Part shown: in pieces, positions 8,912-17,235 of the stretch
How positions within the stretch are numbered: the first letter of the stretch is position 1
How the letters are laid out: each line of letters opens with the position of its first letter
NCBI GenBank assembly: GCA_963729895.1
Contig: CAVSQB010000018.1
Coordinates: forward strand, 32,001-96,000
Reading direction: 5' to 3'
From: an uncultured Fibrobacterota bacterium
GTDB lineage: Bacteria; Fibrobacterota; Chitinivibrionia; Chitinivibrionales; FEN-1185
DNA length: 64,000 nt
Notes under the pieces: model-generated
What the model was told of the DNA's origin: nothing
The model's database searches: none
The model's input: only the letters and a program-made list of their open reading frames with translations
Program-made: the position numbers and the translations under genes

Positions 8912-10297
8912 ATGTCCTTTCAAGACTTTCTGAGCATCCCCACCGTTCTGGACCTCAAGTCGACCGAGAAGCTGGACGCCATACGCGAGCTTGTCAAGGA
9001 GCTGTGCAAGGCGCTTTCCATTTCCCGCAGGCAGAAGGCCTTTGTGGAAGAGATCATGAAGCGCGAGGAGGCCGCGTCCACGTTTATCGGCCAGGGCATC
9101 GCCATCCCGCACCTGCGCGCCGACATCCGGGGCGATTTCGCGCTGGCCGTGGGCAGAAGCGTTGCAGGCGTCAAGTACGACGCCGCGCGCGGGGCGCTCG
9201 CGCACATCATGGTGCTGGTGATCACCAACGAAAAGGCCGACACCACCGCGCACATCCAGCTGCTCTCCGAGGTGGCGTCGTTTTTCAAATCGGACGGCAT
9301 ACGCGAAAAGATGCTGTCCGATCCCACCACAATTGATTTCAGCGAACTGTCCGCCCCGCAGCCCCCGCCGGCCGGCGACGAGAAACCGGCCCGGGGAATC
9401 AAAAAGGCCGTGTCGTCCGTGCTCAACGCGGCGGTCGACCTTGCCAAGGACATCAAGGCGACGGCGCTCATGGTGTTTGCCGACACGGTGCGCGACAACG
9501 ATTTCCTCGAGATCCTCAAGAACAAGGGCAAGGTGATCGTCGTCACGAGCAACAAGTCGCGGTTCGACCCGGACGACAAACGGTATGCGGCCTGCATCCA
9601 GGCGCCGTCGTTTCCGGCCTCGCGCATCGGTCAGGTGAAAATCGGTGTGCTGCTCGCGCTCTCCCGCAACCTCATCGACAACAACGACAAGGTCGTGTGC
9701 ATTTCCGGAAATTCGAAGGCCGGCACGTTCGACACCATCGTGGCGCTCGACGTGTCGAGCGAATACGAGTTCTTTTTTGCAAATTCACCCGCGCTCCTGC
9801 CGCCCGACATCATGCCCGAAGTTCTCGAGCGCGTGCTCGGGCTTGCCGGCGAGATTGCCGTGGAAGGCCGCGAGGGCAAGCCGCTGGGCACCATCTTCGT
9901 GCTCGGCGACACCAACACGGTCAACAAATACGTCACGCAGCTCATCATCAATCCGTTCCGGGGATACAGCGAGGCCGAGCGCAACATCATCGATCCGGCG
10001 CTGGCCGAAACCGTCAAGGAATTCGCGAGCATCGACGGCGCGTTCGTCATCACGGGCGACGGCATCGTGCTGTCCGCGGGCAGCTATTTGCGGCCGCAGG
10101 CCGAAGTGCAGCTCCTGCCGAGCGGGTTCGGCTCGCGTCACGCGGCGGCCGCGGGCATCACCGCGTGCACCAAGGCGCTTTCGATCACCGTGTCGGAATC
10201 CACGGGCATGGTCACGCTGTTCAAGAACGGCGCGATTGTGTTGACGATATCGAAGCCGGTGGACCGGGAAAAAAGTACTATACAGAAGTATTTGTAA
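8912..10297 (+). CDS. PTS EIIA-domain / diadenylate cyclase fusion (CdaZ-like)
   Basis: N-terminal REEAASTFIGQGIAIPH (EIIA_2); C-terminal REGKPLGTIF, DGAFVI and SRHAAAA..VSESTG (DAC). ATG 8912 follows an AAGGA RBS. Confidence 0.85.
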   Translation: MSFQDFLSIPTVLDLKSTEKLDAIRELVKELCKALSISRRQKAFVEEIMKREEAASTFIGQGIAIPHLRADIRGDFALAVGRSVAGVKYDAARGALAHIMVLVITNEKADTTAHIQLLSEVASFFKSDGIREKMLSDPTTIDFSELSAPQPPPAGDEKPARGIKKAVSSVLNAAVDLAKDIKATALMVFADTVRDNDFLEILKNKGKVIVVTSNKSRFDPDDKRYAACIQAPSFPASRIGQVKIGVLLALSRNLIDNNDKVVCISGNSKAGTFDTIVALDVSSEYEFFFANSPALLPPDIMPEVLERVLGLAGEIAVEGREGKPLGTIFVLGDTNTVNKYVTQLIINPFRGYSEAERNIIDPALAETVKEFASIDGAFVITGDGIVLSAGSYLRPQAEVQLLPSGFGSRHAAAAGITACTKALSITVSESTGMVTLFKNGAIVLTISKPVDREKSTIQKYL

Positions 10298-10316
10298 AGC
10301 AAGATTTGATTTTGGC

Positions 10317-10333
10317 GGGGGAAGTTTACCCCG
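10317..10333 (+). repeat. 17-nt module E (GGGGGAAGTTTACCCCG)
   Basis: Identical copy at 51752-51768; both lie ~20 nt after a stop codon. Confidence 0.7.
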
Positions 10334-10386
10334 TCGGGTACTTCCAAGGGTCGTCCCCTTGGGGTTCAGCCACCCGGCGCATTTTT

Positions 10387-10415
10387 GTAGGGGCGCGTCA
10401 CGACGCGCCCCTTAC
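10387..10415. repeat. GTAG-type REP palindrome
   Basis: GTAGGGGCGCGTC-AC-GACGCGCCCCTTAC. Confidence 0.75.
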
Positions 10416-10456
10416 TCGGAAGTGCGCAGGCTGTCTGAACCCACACCCCCTCAGCA

Positions 10457-10509
10457 GGTGGCCCCCAAGAGAGGGAAGTTGCAAGCGTCAACAGCTGTGT
10501 GGGGGCACC
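10457..10509 (+). repeat. Structured repeat module D, copy 2 (divergent)
   Basis: GGTGGCCCCCA..TTGCAAG..TGGGGGCACC. Confidence 0.6.
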
Positions 10510-10592
10510 AAGAGAGATTGTTTGACAGATAGAATGTTGGCTCTTTGATTTACTAAACAGGAAACACCATCAACCGGGTTGTATGGGCTTTC

Positions 10593-10763
10593 GCGTTAGG
10601 CCGGACTGGAGTGGTGCGCAAGAGCGCAGTGCCGGTCGACCCCGGCCCGAAGGGCCACAGGGGCGAACTGGCACCGAGGCCTTTGGCCGAGCCCATAAGG
10701 AGGGCCGACCCCGGCACGTAGGGGCAGGTTTGAAACCTGCCCCTACGTGCCGGGGAAACGCCC
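10593..10763 (-). ncRNA. Structured repeat module C, copy 2 (Flavo-1-like candidate) carrying a REP in its first hairpin
   Basis: Reverse complement aligns to 4096-4231. Confidence 0.55.
10718..10746. repeat. GTAG-type REP palindrome
   Basis: GTAGGGGCAGGTTT-G-AAACCTGCCCCTAC; perfect arms extend over 10709-10755. Confidence 0.8.
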
Positions 10764-10804
10764 AGATTCTTATTTTTTGAATCCAATAATGTAAGAAGAG
10801 GAAT

Positions 10805-12111
10805 CAGTAGTGTCCGGTTAAATTGACAACAAGAGAAGGGCTACCAACCTATTTTTATCGTTGAAGGTTTAGTTTTTGACGATTAAAAAGAGGAGGCAGC
10901 CCTTGAACAGAAGAAATACAATATTCAATCAGATAACGCAACTGTTGAATCGGAAGGGATTCTGGCGCATTGTTAATCGGTACGAAGGAGACAGGTACGT
11001 AAAGAGCATGACCTGCTGGCAGGAGATGCAGATTTTGCTCTTTTCGCTGGTAAAGGATTTGGTCAGCTTTCGGGATGTAGAAGCGTGTCTGAAGAGCAAT
11101 GCGGATAAGTGGGAACATATTGGTCTTGCGAGTGTAGCCCGCAGTACACTGGCAGATGCACTCGCTCTCCGGCCATACAAGATGTTTGAAGATCTTTTCT
11201 ATCAGTTTCTGGATAAATGCCAGCGATTGGCACCTCGTCATGACTTTCGGGTAAAGGTTCCGGTATTTACGCATGATTCAACCTTGATCAGCGTATGTCT
11301 GTCATCGTTTCCATGGGCACGGTATCGCAGGCGCAAAGGTGGATTGAAACTTCATATGCTTCTGGACCATGACGGTTACCTACCGTCGTTTATCCGGATG
11401 ACGGACGGGAAAGTCCATGACATTCGGGTGGTGAAAGATGCCGAATATGATTTTCCTGCGCTTCCGCCGGACAGCATCCTCACCATTGATCGAGGCTACA
11501 CAGATTTTGGCTGGCTTCATTCACTGCATACGACTGGTGTTACATTCGTGATCCTGGCAAAATCCAACATGGCATATCATCTTGTCGGACAGCACAAAGA
11601 ACCGAACGTAAGACGCGGAATTATCCGTGATCAGGAAGTCGAAATGTCGAATTTTTACGAAAGCAAGGCATATCCGGAGAAGCTGCGACTGATACAGTAT
11701 TACAACAAGGAGTTAAACAAGAACCTGGTCTTTCTGACGAACAATTTCACGTTGTCGGCAACGACAATTGCTGCACTGTACAAGGGAAGATGGGAGATAG
11801 AAACATTTTTCAAGTGGATCAAGCAGCACTTGAAGATAAAGACGTTCTACGGGACCAGCGAAAACGCGGTAATGACACAGGTGTGGATAGCCATGATCTT
11901 GTATCTCCTGTTGTCGTTTATAAAATTCCAAGCACGGTATGCCTTCACCATGCTGGAATTACTGCGGGTTATCCGAGAAAGGCTGCTTGGTTTTGAAAGC
12001 TTGATTGAATTACTACGGGTCAATTACGAGCGGTTACGTTCTTTGCGCTCCGCTCCAGTGCAATTATCATTCTATTAGCCATTGGTCAAGAGGTTTAGCC
12101 GGACAGGGCTG
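10805..12111 (+). mobile_element. IS4-family insertion sequence
   Basis: Imperfect TIRs CAGTAGTGTCCGGTTAAA / TTTAGCCGGACAGGGCTG; 9-bp TSD AAGAGGAAT at 10796-10804 and 12112-12120. Confidence 0.92.
10903..12078 (+). CDS. IS4-family DDE transposase (DUF4372-type N-terminus)
   Basis: HDST, DRGY and YKGRWEIETFFKWIKQHL motifs; TTG 10903 follows AGGAGG. Confidence 0.92.
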   Translation: MNRRNTIFNQITQLLNRKGFWRIVNRYEGDRYVKSMTCWQEMQILLFSLVKDLVSFRDVEACLKSNADKWEHIGLASVARSTLADALALRPYKMFEDLFYQFLDKCQRLAPRHDFRVKVPVFTHDSTLISVCLSSFPWARYRRRKGGLKLHMLLDHDGYLPSFIRMTDGKVHDIRVVKDAEYDFPALPPDSILTIDRGYTDFGWLHSLHTTGVTFVILAKSNMAYHLVGQHKEPNVRRGIIRDQEVEMSNFYESKAYPEKLRLIQYYNKELNKNLVFLTNNFTLSATTIAALYKGRWEIETFFKWIKQHLKIKTFYGTSENAVMTQVWIAMILYLLLSFIKFQARYAFTMLELLRVIRERLLGFESLIELLRVNYERLRSLRSAPVQLSFY

Positions 12112-12123
12112 AAGAGGAATAAC

Positions 12124-13467
12124 ATGCAAAGAATTTTCTACGACGACAAATGCCTGGCCGACTGGATAACCCCCGCCGAACGCGCCGCCTACGAGCCGTC
12201 GTTTGCCGCGGCCCAGGACATGCTGAACAAACGCACGGGCCCGGGCCGCGAGTTCCTCGGCTGGCTCGACCTTCCCAAGACCATCGATGGGGCGGTGGTG
12301 CAAAAGGTGATCGACACCGCTGCGGCGCTCCGGCCGAAAACCGACGTGCTCATCTGCATCGGAATCGGCGGATCGTACCTTGGCGCAAAGGCCGCAATCG
12401 AATTCGTGTCGCCGTCGTTTGAAGACCTGCGCATGCCGCGGGTTATTTTCGCCGGACACCAGATAAACTCCGACTATGTCGCCGACCTGCTTGAGCTTGT
12501 TAAAGACAGGGCCGTTGCCGTAAACGTCATCTCCAAGAGCGGCACCACCACCGAGCCGGGCATCACGTTCCGCATCGTAAAGCAGTGGATGGAGAAGCGC
12601 TACGGCACGGCCGAAGCCGCCGCGCGCATCGTGGCGACAACGGACCCCGCAAAAGGCGCATTGCGCAAGCTCGCCAACGAGGAAAACTACGCCACCTTCG
12701 GCATCCCGTCCGACGTGGGCGGCAGGTTTTCGGTGCTCACGCCGGTTGGGCTTTTTCCCTGCGCCATGGCCGGGCTCGACATACGAAAGATGCTCGCCGG
12801 CGCCGGGGAAGCCGTGGATTTCTGCGGCACAGGATCTCTGGAAGCAAACATCGCGGGCAGGTACGCGGTTGCCAGGAACATTCTTTTCCGCCGCGGAAAA
12901 ACCACGGAGGTGATGGCGATGTGCGCGCCCCAGCTCCACTATCTGGGCGACTGGTTCAAGCAGCTTGCGGGCGAGAGCGAGGGAAAAAACCTCACGGGCA
13001 TCTTTCCCGCGTCGGTCGATTACACCACCGACCTTCACTCGCTGGGCCAGTGGATGCAGGAGGGCGTGCGCAACGTGTTCGAAACGTTTGTGGTGCTCGC
13101 GAAGACAAACGCGTCGGTGCCGCTGCCCAGGCTCGGCGACGACAGCGACGAACTCAACTACCTTGCCGGGAAGACCTTCGAGGACGTCAACGCTGAGGCG
13201 TACCGCGGAACGCTGCTGGCGCACCTTGACGGAAGCGTACCCTGCGCAACCGTCACCTGCGCCGACAGGTCCGAAGAAACCCTCGGGCAGGCGTTTTACT
13301 TCTTCGAAAAGGCGATCGCCCTGTCCGGCTACCTGCTCCGCGTGAATCCGTTCGACCAGCCGGGCGTGGAAGCGTACAAGAAGAACATGTTCGCGCTGCT
13401 TTCCAAACCGGGAAACGAGAAACAGGGGGAAGCGCTCAAGGCGAGGCTTTTGAAACTGGGACTATAA
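12124..13467 (+). CDS. pgi: Glucose-6-phosphate isomerase
   Basis: IGIGGSYLG, ISKSGTTTE, DVGGRFSVL, GESEGK and NPFDQPGVEAYK. ATG 12124 follows the duplicated AAGAGGA RBS. Confidence 0.95.
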   Translation: MQRIFYDDKCLADWITPAERAAYEPSFAAAQDMLNKRTGPGREFLGWLDLPKTIDGAVVQKVIDTAAALRPKTDVLICIGIGGSYLGAKAAIEFVSPSFEDLRMPRVIFAGHQINSDYVADLLELVKDRAVAVNVISKSGTTTEPGITFRIVKQWMEKRYGTAEAAARIVATTDPAKGALRKLANEENYATFGIPSDVGGRFSVLTPVGLFPCAMAGLDIRKMLAGAGEAVDFCGTGSLEANIAGRYAVARNILFRRGKTTEVMAMCAPQLHYLGDWFKQLAGESEGKNLTGIFPASVDYTTDLHSLGQWMQEGVRNVFETFVVLAKTNASVPLPRLGDDSDELNYLAGKTFEDVNAEAYRGTLLAHLDGSVPCATVTCADRSEETLGQAFYFFEKAIALSGYLLRVNPFDQPGVEAYKKNMFALLSKPGNEKQGEALKARLLKLGL

Positions 13468-13473
13468 CAAGAT

Positions 13474-13559
13474 TCACCGCAAAGACGCGAAGGTCGCAAA
13501 GAGACGCAAAGGAATTGATGTGCATTGCACCCTATCCATCTTTGCGTTCTTTGCGGTGA
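13474..13559. repeat. Inverted repeat with internal CGCAAAG iterations
   Basis: TCACCGCAAAGA..(CGCAAAG)n..CTTTGCGTTCTTTGCGGTGA. Confidence 0.65.
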
Positions 13560-13579
13560 GACTTTTTTAGGGGGCCGTT

Positions 13580-13996
13580 CTGAAATCCTACCGGGAAACC
13601 CTCGAATTCAACACAAAGACCAGGCGGGAGTACCTCAATATCACGCCGTCGGTTGAGGCGGCGCTCGCACGGAGCGGCGTGGCCGAAGGCCTCTGTCTTG
13701 TCAACGCGATGCATATCACGGCCAGCGTGTACATCAACGACGACGAGCCGGGCCTGCTCAGGGACTACGACGACTGGCTCGAACAGCTCGCGCCGCACGA
13801 GCCCCTCGGCAGGTACCGCCACAACGGGGCCGAAGACAACGGCGATGCGCACCTCAAGCGCCAGGTGATGGGCCGCGAAGTCGTGGTGGCAATTACAAAC
13901 GGAAAGCTGGACCTTGGTCCGTGGGAGCAGGTCTTTTACGGCGAGTTCGACGGGAGAAGGAAAAAGAGGGTCCTCATCAAGATCATCGGGGAATAG
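13580..13996 (+). CDS. yjbQ: YjbQ/UPF0047 family protein
   Basis: [24 protein letters not shown] and [14 protein letters not shown]. The frame extends upstream to an in-frame CTG at 13580 after AGGGGG. Confidence 0.85.
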   Translation: MKSYRETLEFNTKTRREYLNITPSVEAALARSGVAEGLCLVNAMHITASVYINDDEPGLLRDYDDWLEQLAPHEPLGRYRHNGAEDNGDAHLKRQVMGREVVVAITNGKLDLGPWEQVFYGEFDGRRKKRVLIKIIGE

Positions 13997-14025
13997 TTCG
14001 AGTCTCACCTAGCAAGGATGTATTC

Positions 14026-14517
14026 ATGGCCGCACTCAGTCCCGCCATCGGCGTCATCGGCGGCGCACAGGCCTCCGAGGAAACGCTCGCCATCGCCTAC
14101 GAAGTGGGCGCATTCATCGCAAACAACAACGCGGTCCTCGTGTGCGGCGGTCTGGGCGGGGTCATGGAAGCCGCGAGCAAGGGCGCATGCGAAAACGGCG
14201 GTGTTGTCGTCGGCATTATTCCCGGCGCCGACAAATCGCAGGCAAACCCCTTTGTCACCATTGTCATTCCCTCCGGCATGGGCAGCGCCCGCAATGCGCT
14301 TGTGGTCAATTCCTCCGACGTGCTTATCGCCTTTCCCGGGCAGTTCGGCACTCTCAGCGAAATCGGCCTTGCGCTTAGCCTCGGAAAACCGGTGGTGTAC
14401 CTGCCCGGAGCGTGGAACCTGCAGAAGATCGGTCCCATCGACGCGTCGCTGTACAAAGAGGCCTTCGATGCCCACGGCGCGGTGGGGCTGGCGCTGGATG
14501 CGCTGCGGAAACGGTAG
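14026..14517 (+). CDS. TIGR00725 family (LOG/SLOG-like Rossmann) protein
   Basis: IGVIGG, VCGGLGGVMEAASKGA, ARNALVV and GTLSEIGLA. Confidence 0.88.
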   Translation: MAALSPAIGVIGGAQASEETLAIAYEVGAFIANNNAVLVCGGLGGVMEAASKGACENGGVVVGIIPGADKSQANPFVTIVIPSGMGSARNALVVNSSDVLIAFPGQFGTLSEIGLALSLGKPVVYLPGAWNLQKIGPIDASLYKEAFDAHGAVGLALDALRKR

Positions 14518-14600
14518 GGGCCGATCCGGGTTCACCAAGAATCCGCCGGCCCGAAGGGTTCAGTATTTTCTTGAAGCCTTGTAGCGGCCCGCTGCGCGCC

Positions 14601-14861
14601 TTATATTCTTGCGTCGGTGTTATGCAAATGCTCTAATCTTTCTGCCAGGTTCGCGCGAGTTTGTTCTGAAATGAGGAATTCCGAGCCCGACCGCAGTCTC
14701 ACCAGGTAAAGCTTCTCTGAACTTGGTATTACCGGATTGAGCCTTCGTACTGAATCCGCGGATAAAAGCGCTATGTCGTCGCTATTCAAAAAAAGCTGAG
14801 AAGAATACAGGCTTTCCTCGTATTTCACGAAACCTTGAAGGACAATTTCCTTTTTGTCCAT
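14601..14861 (-). CDS. Hypothetical protein (86 aa)
   Basis: ATG after a GAGAGGAAG RBS; no family recognised. Confidence 0.5.
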   Translation of the reverse strand: MDKKEIVLQGFVKYEESLYSSQLFLNSDDIALLSADSVRRLNPVIPSSEKLYLVRLRSGSEFLISEQTRANLAERLEHLHNTDARI

Positions 14862-14933
14862 AATGCTTCCTCTCTTGAGCACGGATCCCATAGCGAGCGC
14901 ATTCCAGGCTGCTGAGGCTGCGGGATTCTTCAA

Positions 14934-15116
14934 TCATCGTGGCCGTGAATCGCTCGGTTGTTTTCCTGCCAGCGCCAGAGTCCGCTCGTGAATACAGCAC
15001 CACAAACAGCGGTAGCCGTCGCAGGTGATGCCGCGATACGTGTCCTGGCAGTCCGCGCGCTTGTTTGCAGGATAGACGTTCTGTATCGTTTGACCGCATG
15101 CCTTACAAGTAATCAA
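14934..15116 (-). CDS. Small Cys-rich hypothetical protein (60 aa)
   Basis: TTG 7 nt after GGGAGG; CKAC and CDGYRCLWCC. Confidence 0.5.
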   Translation of the reverse strand: MITCKACGQTIQNVYPANKRADCQDTYRGITCDGYRCLWCCIHERTLALAGKQPSDSRPR

Positions 15117-15183
15117 TCGCGTACCTCCCTTTTTCCGCACTAAATATAAGGGAAAATGCATCCGGATTACAAGGGATTTATCA

Positions 15184-15229
15184 ATTGCTTCATTGGCCTT
15201 TTCCTCGCAGCTTGCTGCGAGGTTCTTCA
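15184..15229 (-). repeat. Hairpin module G (IS200/IS605-end-like), copy 1
   Basis: TGAAGAA-CCTCGCAGC-AA-GCTGCGAGG-AAAAGGC; covarying copy at 31172-31217. Confidence 0.7.
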
Positions 15230-15370
15230 CTTGAGTTCATTAATATATTGCATAGTTGAACAAAGGAGCCAACTTGCAACCGCTTTGGGGACCGCGGGCA
15301 GGTAAATTATTTACCGGAAGAGTCTCGGCGATCGGCGATTTTTGCGGTTAGTATCGACGGGAGGTGTGAG

Positions 15371-16963
15371 ATGTCTTGCAAAGAGTTGCTTTCATTCTTT
15401 GATGGTAATGGAAGAGGATTGCTGAACATCGTGCCGGTTGCGACTCTGGCGTTATTGACGGCATGCGTGACAATCCGGGCCCAGGACACCGTGGACGCCA
15501 CGACGCTAACCGGCAAATACATGTGCGGCTACCAGGGTTGGTTCGAGTGCCCGGGAGACGGATCGGGCGGGGGCTGGTTCCATTGGTTCAACAGCCAGAA
15601 TCCGGTCCATTCATCCCTCAATGTGGATCTCTTCCCCGATTTCACGGAATATGCCGCAAACGAGCTTTTTGCGACGGACATGCGTTACAGCGACGGTTCC
15701 GTCGTAAACTTGAATTCCTCCTATGTGGGAACCACGGAACTGAGGCATTTCAAGTGGATGAAAGATTACGACATCGACGGCGCGTGGGTGCAGCGTTTTG
15801 GACCCAAGCATGTGGGGTGGAACGACTTTACAAATAAGGTGCTGTTGAATTGCAAAACAGCGGCAGAGACCTATGGCCGGGTGTTTGTCGTCATGTACGA
15901 TGTTTCCGGGGCGAATAACAGCACGCTTTTCAACGACATGACGACTGACTGGATGTATCTGGTTGATACATTCAAGGTCACCGGCAGCCCGCGCTATCTC
16001 AAGCACAAGGGAAAGCCGCTGGTGTCAGTCTGGGGATTCGGCTTTCCCGACAGGTCAATTACCACCGACGTCGCGCAACAGATAATCAACTGGTTCAAGA
16101 CCGGTGCGCCGGCAAAATACCAGGCAACCATCATGGGTGGTGTCAATGACGACTGGAGAACTATCGGCCCGCCCTGGGACTCGGTATGCAGATCCGTTGA
16201 CATCATCAGCCCCTGGCTGGTGGGTCGTTTTGGAGATAGTGCCGGTGCGGACTCGTGGAAGACAAGTAACCTGATCCCTGATATCGCCGAATGCAAGAGC
16301 CTTGGGAAAGAATACCTTCCCGTTATCTGGCCCGGATTCTCATGGTCCAATATGCACCAGGGAACCACGCCTCAGAACCAAATCCCGCGGCTGGGCGGCA
16401 CGTTCTACTGGGAGCAGGCATATAATGCGATCAGCGCCGGCGCCACCATGCTGTACGGCGCCATGTTCGACGAAGTGGACGAAGGCACGGCCGTCCTTAA
16501 AGCGTGTCCGAAGAAGTCGCTTGCTCCTTCGGACGGCTGGTGGTTGACGCTCGACGCCGACGGGTACAATCTACCGAGCGACTGGTACCTTCGATTGACA
16601 GGATGCGCAAAGAAAATGCTCGACAACCGGATTCCGTTGTCAAAGATCATGCCGATCAACCCGCTCAATCCTGATTCGGGAGTTGGGGTGCATATGAAAC
16701 CGGGCGCCCCGTTTGCATCTGAAAAACTCGTTGATGTGCGGAACGGAATTCTCTACCTCAACCTTCCGGCGGACACGCGGGCGGAAATAACCCTTTGCAG
16801 GCTGGACGGCACTACTGTGCGAACGATTCAGTATAGGAAAACGAGCGGGACCAGGGAGGTCTCATTGCTGACCCAGGAAAGAATTCCAAGCGGGATGTAC
16901 GTTTTGAGCGTCAAAGTCGGCGGCCGGATTGCAGCCGCGAGCATTGTCTCACTCGTTCGATAG
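15371..16963 (+). CDS. Secreted glycoside hydrolase, GH71/GH99-like, with T9SS-like tail
   Basis: GYQGWF, HFKWMKDYDIDG, SPWLVGR, WPGFSW, AMFDEVDEGT and SDWYL; C-terminal PSGMYVL. Confidence 0.8.
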   Translation: MSCKELLSFFDGNGRGLLNIVPVATLALLTACVTIRAQDTVDATTLTGKYMCGYQGWFECPGDGSGGGWFHWFNSQNPVHSSLNVDLFPDFTEYAANELFATDMRYSDGSVVNLNSSYVGTTELRHFKWMKDYDIDGAWVQRFGPKHVGWNDFTNKVLLNCKTAAETYGRVFVVMYDVSGANNSTLFNDMTTDWMYLVDTFKVTGSPRYLKHKGKPLVSVWGFGFPDRSITTDVAQQIINWFKTGAPAKYQATIMGGVNDDWRTIGPPWDSVCRSVDIISPWLVGRFGDSAGADSWKTSNLIPDIAECKSLGKEYLPVIWPGFSWSNMHQGTTPQNQIPRLGGTFYWEQAYNAISAGATMLYGAMFDEVDEGTAVLKACPKKSLAPSDGWWLTLDADGYNLPSDWYLRLTGCAKKMLDNRIPLSKIMPINPLNPDSGVGVHMKPGAPFASEKLVDVRNGILYLNLPADTRAEITLCRLDGTTVRTIQYRKTSGTREVSLLTQERIPSGMYVLSVKVGGRIAAASIVSLVR

Positions 16964-17235
16964 TCGGCGTCGCAGGGGCTGGAGAAGGCCATCCTGCGTG
17001 TTCCTGAAGCCTCTGTCATATTTGTCAATTTCCTTGATTCGTCACTGCGAGAAAGCTGCTCCGTTGGCAACAGCACCCGGCTTCTCCCGCTATTCCGTGC
17101 ATATTCAAAAATATATAACATCGTTAAACAAAGTGATAAACACCAGATCGCTTTTGCCGGGCGGTAGTAGTAAATTATTCAGTGACCGTTCTTAACCGGC
17201 CAAGTGACGGATAATTCCGAAAACAAGATTCGGGT

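Noticed and set aside
4096..10763. Repeats as a CRISPR array, or GGCACCGAG as a tracrRNA hairpin
   Set aside because: No regular repeat-spacer period and no cas genes; the 9-nt similarity lacks the complementary arm.
14601..15230. Integron cassette array
   Set aside because: No RYYYAAC/GTTRRRY attC boxes and no integrase.
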